64,000 nucleotides of DNA from Eledone cirrhosa (Eukaryota), in contig OZ024744.1 of NCBI GenBank assembly GCA_964016885.1, forward strand, positions 47,554,001 to 47,618,000. Reading direction: 5' to 3'. Both the position numbers and the translations under genes were made by a program. How positions within the stretch are numbered: position 1 is the first letter of the stretch; every line of letters begins with the position of its first letter. Under the pieces are notes generated by a model. That model was given only the letters and a program-made list of their open reading frames with translations, searched no databases and was not told the origin of the DNA. Positions 14,158-27,415 of this stretch are shown in pieces.

Positions 14158-14335
14158 TAGCGCAGTGGATTGGTAGAGGGTCGCACACCATGCTTTGCAG
14201 CATAGAGTTACGGCCCTTTACGACCGGAGTTGAAATCATGCCGAGGATAACTTTGCCTTTGATAAAATAAAGTACCAGTAATGTACTTTATTTTATGTAA
14301 TTGCTGGCCTTGTGCCAAATGTAGAAACAATTATT
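14158..14335 (+). mobile_element. tRNA-derived SINE (same family as 63368 and 63802)
   Basis: B-box-like GAGTTGAAATC, ACTTTGCCTTT, GATAAAATAAAGTACCAGT, 3' GCTGGCCTTGTGCCAAATGTAGAAACAATT shared with other copies. Confidence 0.75.
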
Positions 14336-14476
14336 ACATTTGAAGTATAACAGATTATCTATATACTTAAGACTGAAAGATGTAGTTGAACTTTTTATTA
14401 TAAATATATTAAAAATATACTTTGAAGATGTATTTTTACATTCTTAAATTTATATTTGATCCATGCACTAGCTTTA

Positions 14477-16715
14477 GTCATCATCATCATCATCATTTTA
14501 CGTCCGCTTTTCTCTGCTTGCAAGGGTGGGACGGGTCCTATTCAGCACAGCATCACTCCACTTGTCACGGTCCTTCGTCATCTCCTCCGTGTGTTTCAGT
14601 GGTCTGAGGTCTGCGCTCACTACCTCCGCCCATGTTTTTCGTGGTCTTCCTCTACTGCGTCTTCTTTCTACTGGGATTTCTTGGCACTTCTTTACCCAGT
14701 GGTCATCCTCCATGTTCATCACATGTCCCTACCATCTCAGTCTTCTCTGTCGCACACCACAACTTATCCCTCTTATATCCAGTTTCTTTCTCAACTCGTC
14801 TATGCTTGGTCGTTCATGCATATTGACATTGCACATCCAACAGAGCATGCTTGCTTCATTTCTCTCCAACCGTCACATATCCTCTACAGTTGCTGCCCAT
14901 GTCTCATTACCATGCAGCATTGCGCATCTCACACAGGCATCATATAACCGGCCTTTCGTATGCAGGGAGAAACCCTTCTTTGTCAACAGAGGAAGCAGCT
15001 CCCTAAACTTCTTCCAACCCGTCCTTATTCTAGATACTATGGCCTCGGAACACCCTCCCCCCATGCTAATCTGATAACCTAGGTACTGGAAGCTATCAAC
15101 CACTTCTATAGAGCCACATGCATTGGAAAAATGTGTCTATCACTGTGATTACTACTGCCAACTTTCCCTGTACATCTACTGCATACATAATTTTCCATAC
15201 CTGTTAGTTTGCCTGCTATCCCACTACATCTCTTGTGTACGCAAGATCTGCATTACGTACATTTTATAGAATTTATGCCAGTTCCTTTTCTACATATCGA
15301 ACATGGCCATTTCCCTGATGGAATCAGAGTATTGTCCTCTCTTCTACTCATCAACACTTTTGTCTTAGCTAGATTCACTCTCAGTCCTCTTGCTTCCAAC
15401 TGCTGTTTCCATAGCCAGAATTTATTCTCTAGCTCCTCTAGTGATTCTACTATAAGAACCAGATCATCAGCATAGAGAAGTTCCCATGGGTATCAAGTCT
15501 TAAACTCCTCTGTTATGGCTTGGAGGACTATAATAAACAAGAGCGGGCTGAGGACCGAACACTGATGTACACCTACTTGTATTTGGAACTCCTCACTAGA
15601 TTCCATTCCTACTCTCACTTTACTGACAGCACCCCTGAACATAGCTTGCACTGTCCTAACATGCCATTTCTCTACACCTAGTTTCCTTAGGGACCACCAG
15701 ATGACAGATCGAGGTACCCTATCAAAGGCCTTCTCTAAGTCAACAAAAGCTAAGTATAGTGGCTTATTCTTCTCTAAGAACCTATCTTATAATTGTCTCA
15801 CTAAGAAGAGGGCATCTGTTTTACTTTTCTGAGGCACAAAACCAAACTGCATCTCATCTAATTTGACCCTTTCTCTAATCAGTTGCACTAATATTCTCTC
15901 TGCCACTTTCATAACCTGATCCATCAGCTTTATGCCCATATAATTGCTCCTCTCCAGAGCATCCCCTTTACCTTTGTACCAATTTATGAGAATGCTGCTA
16001 CAACAGGCTTTGGGTATGACACCACCATATATAGCTTGATTGATGATGCGTGCAACCAGTTTAGTGCCTACTTCTGATGCCTTCAGCATCTCAGCAACTA
16101 TCCCCTAGAGTTCACTAGCCTTGCCATTCTTCATTTCCTTAATTGCCTCTTGTACACTATATTCGCCAATCTCAATAGCTGGTCCCTCTGTCGTTTTTAC
16201 TAGGGATAGTTTCCCTCTCTCCCATTCATTCTCCACATTCATCAGCCTCTCATAATGACATTTCCAGGCCTCCTATTTTTGATAAGTCGTAACACTAAGT
16301 ACACCGGTATCATTCCGGACACATTTATCTCCAACAACATCTTGATTTACACTGACACACTGCCTTGCAATGCGGAACACCGCACGCCTCTGATCTTCCC
16401 GTCGCAGAACATTGGCAACCCTCCTACTCTCAGCCTCCCTGTGTGCTAAGTACACCTGACGTCTAGCTTCTCTCTTAGTGGCTGTATATCCTATTCTACT
16501 CCCACCATTTTTCCAAGCGTTCCATGCTAGTCTTTTGTCTCAAATGGCCTTATCTACCGTGTTGTTCCACCACCAGGTCATTCTCTGTCTGGTCGGAGCT
16601 CTGCTCCAGCCACAAGTTTCTTCAGTAGCCTGCAGTAAGTTGTCACGTAAGAAATTCCAGTTATCATCTATATCATACGACTCTAAAACGTCTTCTTTCT
16701 CGTCATACTCATCTT
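14477..16715 (-). mobile_element. RTE-clade LINE, 5'-truncated, decayed (RT with PHD insertion), short 3' UTR subfamily
   Basis: (CAT)n tail at 14477-14495; ORF fragments KGKGDALERSNY.GIKL, LDEMQFGF, FQYLG, GRPRKTW; LLYADDL codons at ~15457-15480. Confidence 0.93.
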
Positions 16716-17365
16716 GAAGGACTTAAGAGATTTAATATTCTTAAGATTTAGATGTTTAAACTAATTTTAGTCAATTAAATGTGTTGCTTGTTTTTCTTGT
16801 TTTCACTTCTTTAAAAACAAACATTTATGTGTAAATAAAAACAATTCTATAACTTTAATATTTGTTGGATGGTACTTTCATGACAGTTCAAATTATGACT
16901 TTTTAAAAATATAATTCACATTTGAAAATACTTTCTTCTCTTTTTCTTCAGCCATTCATTTCTGAGAGGATTGTAGGGGGTAGAGTCCTCACACCTCTTC
17001 TAGGTCCTATGTGTGTAAAATTTCCTCTTTACACTACACACACACAACAACACATCACTCTGCACACACACACCACATCAAAACACCACAATACACACCC
17101 CATCCCACACCACAGACACACATCATGCCACACCACACCACAACACATACCACACTAGGTAGGTATACCAACCCAGTATCTTGGTTTTAGTGATATTTTC
17201 GTAATAAATCTCAACATCCCAGACCTTAGCAAGTGGAGTGGAACCCATCAGATTGGACATTAAATGATGAGCTGTGACATCATTGGTGTCAACCTGTTTC
17301 AGCCATACATTTGGACAACAGTGTATAGATATATAGAAATCATATATATATATGTGTGTGTGTGT

Positions 17366-17990
17366 TCTAGAGACTAGGTGCAGGGGTAGGTCTGCTAGAT
17401 TCAATTTCGGTAAAAAAAGATGCTATAAACTTTTCTGGATGGGAAATGACAATGGGCTGGGTGGAGTAGGAATTATGTTAGCAGAGAAATGGGTAGATAA
17501 GGTAATTGCCATAAATAGAGTGAACGACAGAATAATTAAAATAAGACTAGTTATAAATAGAACAACTATGACAATAATATCTGCCTATGCACCCCAATCT
17601 GGCCTACTTGACGTTATAAAAGACAGGTTCTATGATTTTCTAATGCTCACTTCCTCCCAAATAACAGACAGTGACTGCATAATTATTGCTGGTGACCTAA
17701 ATGGTCACATTGGACAACGTTGTGATGGCTATGATGGAATCCATGGAGGCTATGGGTTTGGTACTAGAAATGAGGAAGGCTCCAGAATCCTGGAATTTTG
17801 TGACGCAAATAACCTAACTATCTGTAACACAAACTTCAAAAAACGAGACAATGACTTGATCACCTGTAGATCAGGGGAACACGCCAGCCAGATATACGAT
17901 ATCCTTACTAGGTGTGACAGTGTCTGTTGTAAACACTAAATCCCTCCCCTGTGAAAAATTCACCTCCCAACATAGCTTAGTAGTTAGTGA
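17366..17990 (+). pseudogene. Apurinic/apyrimidinic-like endonuclease domain of the RTE LINE
   Basis: ETR, GVGIML, IISAYAPQ, IIAGDLNGHIG, GFGTRNEEG, NTNFKK, QIYDIL, SQHSLV motifs. Confidence 0.9.
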
Positions 17991-20613
17991 CCTCACAGTC
18001 AGGACTAGACGTACTCGACGACAGAGGAGGACTACCTTGAGGAGAAGATGGAAGTTGAAGGACCTCATAGCCAGTGACAAATTGAAAAGCATATTAGTTA
18101 ATGCTTTTGACAGTAAAGAGGTGCAATTAGAGACATACAATATAGAGAAACAGTGGCAATTCTTGAAAGTTAACCTGCCGAAGGCGACAGATGAAATCTG
18201 TTGCTGGAGCAGACCTATAGGTAGGAGGAGAGTAACTTGGTGGTGGAACAGTAAGGTGGAGGAGTCAATCAAGGCCAAAAAGCAGGCTTGGAAAGTATGA
18301 CGGAAGTAGAGAACACTATCAAGTAGCCAGGAGAGAAGCTAGGAGACAAGTGTACCTTGCACGGAGGGAAGCAGAAGATAGGAAGTTCAAGCATATTCTA
18401 CAACGCGAGGACCAAAAACATGAGGTGTTCAGGATCGCAAAACAAAGTGTCAAGGAAAACCATCATTTTGTCAGGGAGAAGTGTGTCCGTAATGATGATG
18501 GTGTACTTTCCTCACTGATACTGATAAGAAGGTAGCTTGGAAGTGTCACGACGAGAGACTACTAAATGAGGAGAATAAATGGGAAAAAGATAGTCTGCCC
18601 CACATCGATCCAATAGAGGGACCAGCAGTGCAAGTTAATGGTAGTATAGTAAGTAAGGCAATCAAAGATATGAAGACAGCCAAGGCAGCTGGGCCTTCGG
18701 AGATAGTTGCTGAGATGTTGAAAGCATCTCGAATGGTGGGACATACTATGGACACCCAAATAGTAAACCAAATAATACAGAATGGGGTCATACCAGATGA
18801 CTGGCGTAGCAGCATCATTGTTAACTGCTACAAGGGTAAAGGAGATACCCTAGATAGGGGAAACTATAGAGGCATTAAATTAACCGACCAGGTCATGAAG
18901 GTCACAGAAAGAGTTATAGCACAACTAATCAGAGAACGAATTGATCTAGATGAAATGCAGTTTGGGTTCATGCCAGCTAAAAAGTACCACAGATGCTATT
19001 TTCCTTGTACAGCAACTATAGGAGAAGTACCCAGTTAAAAGTAAACCCCTCTACTTAGCTTTTGTTGACTTGGAGAAAGCCTTTGACAGAGTCCCCCGCT
19101 CCATTATCTGGTAGGCCCTTAGAAATGGAGGAATAGATGAATGGCTTGTGAGAGCTATACAAGCCATGTACAAAGAAACAGTCAGCAAGGTTAGAATTAA
19201 CAATGAATATAGTGAAGAATTTAGCGTAAAAGTAGGTGTTCAGCAAGGCCCCATCCTTAGCTTCCTCCTCTTTATTATTGCCCTTCAGGTTATAACAGAG
19301 GGGTTTAAGACCAGCTGCCCATGTGAACTTCTATATGCAGATGATCTAACTCTCCTAGCCTAATCTATGGCTGAACTAGAGAAGAAATTCCAAAATTGGA
19401 GGCATGGCTTTGAATCAAAAGACGCTAAAGTTAACTTGTCTAAGACTAAAGGTCTAGTATGTAGAAAAGAAAATAGGGCACTGGTGCCATGCTCAGTGTG
19501 TAGGAAAGGGGTAGGTAGAAATTCCATTCTATGTCCCAAATGCAAACTATGGGTACATAAAAGATGTAGTGAGATCACAGGTAAGCTATCTAAGAATGTA
19601 GATTTTATATGTGGCCGATGCTCATGAGAAATAAGCAACAAGTACCCACAGGATACTAGCACGTTCTACTGTCCAGATGGTTCTATAGAAATAGTGGACA
19701 CTTTCTGTTGATGGGTGACTAAATCAACAGTGGTGGAGGGTACTCTGAAAGTGTAGTAGCCAGAGTTAGAACGGGATGGAAAAAGCTCAGAGAGCTAATA
19801 CCGCTGCTAGACACAAAAGGTTTCTCTCTAAAAATGAAAGGCAGATTGTATGATGCGTGCATACGAAGAGCAATGTTAGATGGCAGTGAGACATGGGCAT
19901 TGTGTGCAGAGGACCTGCGCAGATTGGAAAGGAATGAAGCATACATGATCTGTTGGATGTGTAATACACGAATTGCAAAACATAAAGGAACTAAGTGAGA
20001 AATTAGGAGCAAGAGGGATCCGATACTGTTTACTTGAGCGAAGATTATGTTGGTATGGTCATGTGATGCGCATAAAGATGACAGTTTTATAAAAAAAAGT
20101 GCAGGGTGATCAAAATTGATGGAAGTTACGGAGTAGGTAGACCCAGAAAAACCTGGGACGACATAAAATCCAACCTTGCACACTCACACCTCTCTAAGAC
20201 AATGTCACTGGATCTATGGCACCACATAGTAACAGAGAAGAACTGCCTTCCCTACGTGCAAAGTTAACCTACAATCAGTAGGCCCCTCCTAACCAAATAT
20301 ACACCCCAACCCACACACCCTTACTCCATCCTCCCACTCCCACCAACACCACCCTGTCTCTGTAATGTTATGTTGGTACCACAACATCCAGTCCAAACTA
20401 AAGAGGTCGTGTAAGTGTCATCACGAAAAGCCTCCCAGTTCACACTGGAAATGTGGTTGGTGTTAGGAAGGGCATCCAACCATAGAAAACCTGCCAGATA
20501 CAGTCCTATACGAGCGAGACACTGTTACCCGATCAATCTTGCCTCAAGTGGGACAATTCCCATCTATACCATGCTAGCGTGGAAGATAGACATTAAATGA
20601 TAATTATGATGAT
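17366..20613 (+). mobile_element. RTE-clade LINE, near full-length ORF2 (APE-RT-PHD) with stops/frameshifts and long 3' UTR
   Basis: APE motifs, RT motifs (NYRGIKL, QFGF, FVDLEKAFD, GVQQG, LYADDL), GRPRKTW, tail GACATTAAATGAT...GATGAT. Confidence 0.95.
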
Positions 20614-20716
20614 TATATATAGTGTATATAATAGTTGTAAAGTCACTGGTGCCGATCTGTATCAGTCTTTCCCTTGGACAACATGACATATAGTCTATAT
20701 ATACTGGACAGTATTA

Positions 20717-23093
20717 TCATCATCATCATAATCATCGTTTAACGTCCATTTTCCACGCTAGCATGGGTTTGGACGGGAATTTTCCCACTTGAGGCAAGAT
20801 TGGTTGTCCTGCTCGTATAGGACTATCTGGCGGGTTTTCTACGGCTGGATGCCCTTCATAACACCAACCACGTTTACAGTGTGGACTGGGAGGTTTTTAC
20901 CGTGTTACCTACACGGCCACATTACAGGGTGGACTGTGTGTTTTTTTGTCGTGACACCTACACGACCTCATTTGTTTCGGACTGGATGTTGTGGTACCAA
21001 CATAACTTCACATTGAAGGGGGTGGTGTGGATGGGGTGGGGGTAGTGGGACAGGGGTGTATTTTTGTTAGAGGTGCCTACTGACTGTAGGTTTCGCTTTG
21101 TACTTAGGCAAGGCGGGTCTTCTGTATTACTGTGTAGCGCCAAAGATCTCTGTCCAGTGACATTGTCTTAGAGAGGTGCAAGTGTGTGAGGTCGGAATTT
21201 ATCAAGTCGTCCTAGGTTTTTCTGGGTCTGCCTACTCCGTGGCTACCGTCTATTTTTATCGCGCTGCACTTTTTTTTATACAGCTGTCGTCTTTCATGCG
21301 CATCACGTGACCATACCAACGTAGTCTTCTCTCAAATAAACAACATCTGATCCCTCTTATTCCTAATTTCTCCCTTAGTTCGTTTATGCTTTGCCGTTCA
21401 CCTACATTACTCTTACACATCCAGCGGAGCATGCAAGCTTCGTTCCTCTCCAGTCTTCTTATATCCTCTGCACACAATGCCCATGTCTCACTGCCATGTA
21501 AGATTGCTGTTCGTATGCAGGCATCATACAGCCTGCTTTTCATTTTTAGAGGGAACCCTTTAGCGGCCAATAGTGGTATAAGCTTTCTGAACTTTTTCCA
21601 TCCCGTTCTGACTCTAGCTACTGTACTTTCAGAGCACCCTCCCCCACTGCTGATTTTGTCACCCAGGTAACGGAAAGTGTCCACTATTTCTATAGAACCA
21701 TCTGTGCAATTGAATGAGCTAGTATTCTGTGGGCACTTGCTGCTACTTATTGCACCAGAGCACCGGCCACATATAAAATCTATATTCTTAGTTAGCTTAC
21801 CTGTGATCCCACTACATTTGGGACATAAAATGGAGTTTCTGCCTACTACTTTCCTACACACTGAGCATGGCCATTTCCCAGATGGGACCGGTGCCCTATT
21901 TTCCTTCCTACAAACTAGAACTTAAGTCTTAGACAAGTTAACTTTAAGGCCTTTTGATTCTAGGCCATGCTACCATGTTTGGAATTTCTTCTCTAGTTCA
22001 GCCATTGATTCAGCTATGAGCGTTAGATCATCTGCATATAGGAGTTCCCATGGGCAGCTGGTCTTGAACTCCTCTGTTATAACCTGAAGGGCAATAATAA
22101 ATAGTAGGGGGCTAAGAACGGAGCCCTGATGAACATCAACATTTACGCTAAACTCTTCACTATATTCGTTGTTAATTCTAACCTTGCTGACTGTTTCTTT
22201 ATACATGGCTTGTATAGCTCTCACAAGCCATTCATCAACACCTAGTTTTCTAAGCGCGCCCCAGATAATGGAGCGGGGGACTCTGTCAAAGGCTTTCTCC
22301 AAGTCAACAAAAGCTAAGTATAGGGGTTTACTTTTAGCTAGGTACTTCTCCTGTAGTTGTCGTACAATGACAAGAGCGTCTGTGGTACTTTTACCTGACA
22401 CAAACCCGAACTGCATTTCATCTAGATCAATTCGTTCTCTGATTAGTTACGCTATTACTTTTTCTGTGACCTTCATGACCTGGTCGATTAATTTAATGCC
22501 TCTATAGTTACCCCTATATGGGGCATCTCCTTTAGCCTAATGATGATGCTGCTACGCCAGTCCTTCGGTACGACCCCATTCTGTAGGACTTGGTTTGCTA
22601 TCCGGGTGACCATAGTGTGTCCCACCGTTCCAGATGCTTTCAGCATTTCAGAAACTATTTCCGAAAGGCCCTGTCGCCTTACCCGTCTTCATATCTTTGA
22701 TTGTCTTACTTATTATACTACCTTTAACTAGCACTGCTGGTCCCTCTATTGGATCGATGTGGGGGAGACTGTCTTTCTCCCAATTATTCTCCTCATTTAG
22801 TAGCCTTTCGTAGTGACATTTCCAAGCTACCTTCTTATCAGCGTCAGTGATGGCAAGTACACCATCATCATTAAGGACACACTCCTCCCCGACAATATCA
22901 CTGTTTTCCTTGACAATTGCCTAGCAATCCTGAACACCTCACGTTTTTCGTCCTCGCGTTGTAGAACAAGCTTGAACTTTCTTTCCTCTGCTTCCCTTCT
23001 TGCGAAGTACATTTGTCTCCTAGCTTCCCTCCTGGCCACTTGATAGTCTTCTTTACTTCCCCTATCCCGCCATACTTTCCAAGCCTGCTTTTT
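20717..23093 (-). mobile_element. RTE-clade LINE, 5'-truncated, tail-to-tail with the preceding copy
   Basis: (CAT)n tail at 20717; ORFs 21970..22416 (QFGF, FVDLEKAFD, HQGSVLSP, LYADDL) and 21256..21861 (FRYLG, HGSETW, RLRWYGHV). Confidence 0.95.
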
Positions 23094-23095
23094 TA

Positions 23096-24320
23096 CTACA
23101 AATTAATGCGTTCTTGTTCTTAAGAAGCAATTTCCATATTTAATATGGCATATAATGTACTATTTTATTTGAATTAAAATTTCTAGTCCTTGAGAAGCCA
23201 TTTCTGTATTAATTATTGCACATACATTACTATTTCCCTCAAATTAATGAGATTTAACCCTTTAGAAGCCATTTCCGTATTAAATATGGCATATAATCTA
23301 CTAATACCTTTCAAATTAAAGAGTTCTACTGCTTTATAAGCCATTTCTTTATTAAATATGACATATATACTACTATTTCCCCCAATTATATTAGTTTTAC
23401 TCCCTTAGAAGCCATTTCTTCATTAAATATTGCATATACTCTACTATCTCCTTCAAATTGAAGAGGTTTAGTTGTTTACCGACCATTTCTGTATTAAATA
23501 TTGCATATAATCTACTAATACCCTTCAAATTAATGAGTTTCAGCCCCGTTGAATCCATTTATGTATTAAATATTGCATATACACTACCATTTGATTTCAA
23601 TTAATGAGTTCTAGCAGTGTAGAAGCTATTTATATATTAAATATTGCATATAATCTACTAATACTCTTCAAATTAAAGTGATTTAGTCCTGTAGAAGCCA
23701 TTTCTGTATTAAATATTGCACACATACTACTATTTACTACGAATTAAATAGTTATTGTCCTTAAGAAGCCATTTCCATATTAAATATGGCATATAATGTA
23801 CTATTTCCTTCAAATTAAAAGTTGTAATCATTTAGAAACTTTTTCTGTATTAAATATGGCATATAATCTACTATTTCTCCTTTGAATCAGAGATTTATAG
23901 TCCCTTAGAAGCCATTTCTGTATTAAATATTGCATATAATGTACTATGTCCTTCGAATTAATGAGTTTTAGCCCTTTAGAAGCCATTTCTATATTAAATG
24001 TTGCATATTCTGTACTATTCCCTTCAAATTGAAGAGTTCTAGTCCTTTAGATGCTTTTAATGTATTAAATATTACACATTTACTACTATTTACTCCAAAT
24101 ATATTCGTTCTCGTCCTTTGACAGCCATTTCTGTATTAAATATTGCATAAAGACTACTATTTCCTTTGAATTAATGAGCTTTACTCCTTTAGAAGCCATT
24201 ACATGTGTCATATAATCTACTATTTCCTTCGAATTGAAGAGTTCTAGTCCTTTAGAGGCCATTTCTGTATTAAATGTAGCATATAATCTACTAATACCTT
24301 TCAAATTAATGAGTTTCAGT
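23096..24320. repeat. Degenerate ~71-72 bp AT-rich tandem array, ~17 units
   Basis: GAAGCCATTTCTGTATTAAATATTGCATA core recurring at 23194, 23265, 23337, 23408 and onward. Confidence 0.9.
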
Positions 24321-24339
24321 AACCTGGAACTAAGTAAAA

Positions 24340-25070
24340 AAAATTCTATTTAGGAAACCGAATGATTCTCGGCTTCAGAGTGTACGTGTCTCTATTTGCA
24401 TACCCATGGCGGGTGTTTCCGCGTATGCATGTGTATGTACGTATATGGAGGCCTGCAGCTATATAATTAATTATTTTTGATTTCAATAACCTCTGTAATT
24501 TATTTACATTATTCTTAACTCTGAAGCCGAGAATCATTCGGTTTCCTAAATATAATTTTAGTCTATGAGAATCATTCAGTTATACTATAGACGTGGTTTT
24601 GTCTTTGCGTGTAATTGTTCTCAACGATCCACATAATCACGTATTATCGCCGTTTTTTTCCGTTCATTGCCAGAGAACGTCTCCACGAACGACCTAATAG
24701 AATATTAGTCTAAGACTTCAGTTATACCATGAACGTAGTTTTGTCTTTGCGTGTAATTGTTTTCACCACTCGAAATAATGACGTATTATCTTTGTTTTTC
24801 CGTTCTTTGCCAGGGAACATCTCCACGAACCAAAGTATCGTCTTCCTGTCTTCCTTCTGTTGCAATGTTTTTCGAAATATTTACTTCTGTGTTCACAGAT
24901 TGATTTTTTTAGTTTCAGAAGATCCCATTAAGGGTGAAAGCAGTTATTCTTTGCTTAAACTTTAATCTGTTATTTTAATAAATATTTGCTCTACAGTTTT
25001 ATATATTTGATATATATTTATCCTTATCGAGCCCTCTTTGGATTTTAGTCTTCAAATTTATTATTATTAC
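24340..25070 (+). mobile_element. Solo pLTR of PLE family B with a short inverted 5' arm
   Basis: Homologous to 52300-52890; 24340..24381 is the reverse complement of 24518..24559; ends in (TA)n. Confidence 0.8.
24911..24961 (+). ncRNA. Type I hammerhead-like motif, family B (CAGAAGA core); also 45726..45776+, 52820..52870+, 44879..44929-, 48173..48223-, truncated 39744..39793-
   Basis: AGTTT-CAGAAGA-T CCC N5 GGG T-GAAAGCA N9 TGCTT-AAACT: helices I, II and III all pair. Confidence 0.65.
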
Positions 25071-25080
25071 TATATATATA

Positions 25081-25662
25081 TCATCATCATCATCAGGTGG
25101 AGCTTGCTCCGCATTTTTAGCTTTCAATAGCTGGATATACACTTGCGGTCGCTACTCCATACAAGTGAAAGCAGTACTCTGTGTTAGAGCAGTTGTGCCT
25201 CACCGAAACATCCAAACAATAGTTGATATGATCGCCTTGCCACTAGTAGTATGAACCAAATTCACAGTTACTTGATCATTGCCTTATCTACTGATCCGAC
25301 ACCCTTCTTACCAATGTCGTCGTTTAACCCAGTCAGGATTGGTTTGACAGATTGCCTATCAAGGCCAAAGAGCTTTGTCCGCCCCGGCTTTGAAATCAGA
25401 ATGGTCCCTCTCCTAAACAGATTGCTGACCAAGGCTACCAAATATACTCTATATACTCATTTACACAATTTTTGGATGGCCGTTGACTCTTATTAGTTCT
25501 TCCGCCCTTTGTCAGGTTTTATTTTTGTCCTGCTGGATGTCCTAAATCACCCTCCTCAACAAGTAAACTTGATGGGGTTGCCGGTTTAGTCGCCGACGAC
25601 CCGACTATGCGACAGGTTGTACTGGGTTACATGTTAACAGTAGCACTCGAGAGTGACTTGAC
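25081..25662 (-). mobile_element. Putative non-autonomous retroelement with RTE-type (GAT)n tail and hairpin-rich 5' end
   Basis: (CAT)n at 25081-25094, GC-richer body, bounded by TA runs; no ORF homology recognised. Confidence 0.4.
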
Positions 25663-26260
25663 ATATATATATACATATATAATTTTGGTATGTTTATATA
25701 CATTTTTTCTTCTAACTTTGATTTTATATCTGATTGTGTATGGTTGACGATATATTTAATCGATTCCCATGTGCTGTTGGAAATGCTGGGTAAATATTCT
25801 ATGGCTGTTTATCTATTATTTCTTCATAGATGTCTTTTAATCTTATAGCCTGGTTTAATTGTTTTTTTTGTGTGGTTAATTATGCTGATTGGGACAGGAA
25901 ATGGTGTATATATTTTATCAAATGATTCTATGGACATACTTTATTATATATATATTTATATAAAGTTTTTTTTCGATGTTTAGATAATCTGCGGTCGTGA
26001 GTTCAATTTTCACCTTGGATTTTCAGACGTTAAAATAATTTTAAAGTTTGTTTTTTTGTTATTACTTTAGTTGGTCAATCGACAAAGGCCATGCGGGGGC
26101 AACACATCCAATATATTATTTTGTTAATATCGGCCTCAGTACATTAAAGGATTTCTACTTTATATTAGTTTTACAAGACTCGGATTGTTTTTATATTAAA
26201 GGGGAACATAAACATATTTTAGATTGAGTAGGGGCATGGTGCAGAAAAGGTTGGGAACAA

Positions 26261-26372
<112 letters not shown>

Positions 26373-26408
26373 TATACGCTGGTGTGTATGATTGTGTATA
26401 GAAGATTA

Positions 26409-26562
26409 TATTAATAAAAGGAATTCCAACTTTGTCTAATTTGCTCGTTTTATTTACAATCCTTTAAAATTTATAATATTTCATTCTAATACCATTATAA
26501 ATGTTAAAGGATTGTAAATAAAACGTGTAAATCAGTCAAAGTTGGAATTCCTGTTATTAATA
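26409..26562. repeat. Fold-back inverted repeat (~68-bp arms) next to (TA)n
   Basis: TATTAATAAAAGGAATTCCAACTTTG...TTTATAAT versus ATTATAAA...CAAAGTTGGAATTCCTGTTATTAATA. Confidence 0.85.
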
Positions 26563-26577
26563 TATATATATATATAC

Positions 26578-26668
<91 letters not shown>

Positions 26669-27029
26669 ACATATATATATATATATAATATATATATATG
26701 CGTGCGTGTGTGGGCGCGCCTATATATATATATATATATACACAAACATGCACATATCCATAAATATAAATAGAAACGTGTGTGTCCTTTCTGCATCATG
26801 CCCCTCCTCAATCTAAAATATGTTTATGTTCCACTTTAATATAAAGACAAACTCCAAAATCTAAACAAACTTCTCGTAGGTGCTGCCAGATACACGATAA
26901 CATGTGTAGACGAAGTGTAACTGGAAGTTGGATAGTATTATATCACTTTTAAATTGACCCCTATTATATTCAAATTAACCCCAGTGGGGCGTGTACCCCA
27001 CGTTGGGAATCCCTGATATATAAATGTAT

Positions 27030-27350
27030 GTGAATATGTTGCTATGACTGCTATTTCTAGCATGTTTACCGCTGTCTTGTAGAAGCACCGCACAAACCGG
27101 AAGTGGCAGCCATTAAAAAACTTTGGCTTAAAATCAGTGAAAATATTTTAAACAATAGAAAATTAAATGTAATCAAACCAGGGTGTTTTTGCCAAGAAAG
27201 GTGACTATTGTCTTACTTAATCGCAAATATCGTGACAAAAATGTTGCGGGTGTGCAGTTGATTTGGTCCTGTTGTTGGTATTTGACTGCTATTTCTAGCA
27301 TGTATGGACACTTTAGAAATAGCGGCGACATACGAAAAGAAGGACACTCA

Positions 27351-27352
<2 letters not shown>
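27030..27352 (+). repeat. Dispersed ~320-bp block D, always adjacent to the MITE; copies 29010..29330+, 37605..37920+, 40985..41255-, 43245..43552+
   Basis: AAACCGGAAGTGGCAGCCATTAAAAAACTTTGG core; GACTGCTATTTCTAGCA repeated near both ends. Confidence 0.8.

Positions 27353-27411
<59 letters not shown>

Positions 27412-27415
<4 letters not shown>

Noticed and set aside
14158-14250. tRNA gene (also 12808-12850, 63368, 63900)
   Set aside because: Only A/B-box-like SINE heads; no cloverleaf, and followed by SINE body
16815-16935. Conserved non-coding element duplicated at 55745-55860
   Set aside because: Real similarity, but AT-rich and most simply a fragment of another interspersed repeat; no further support
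17352-17939. Host AP endonuclease or CFDP2-like gene
   Set aside because: Collinear with downstream RTE RT fragments and tail; it is the LINE endonuclease
23096-24320. CRISPR-like repeat-spacer pattern
   Set aside because: The whole 71-bp unit is homologous between copies; the variable parts are diverged, not unique
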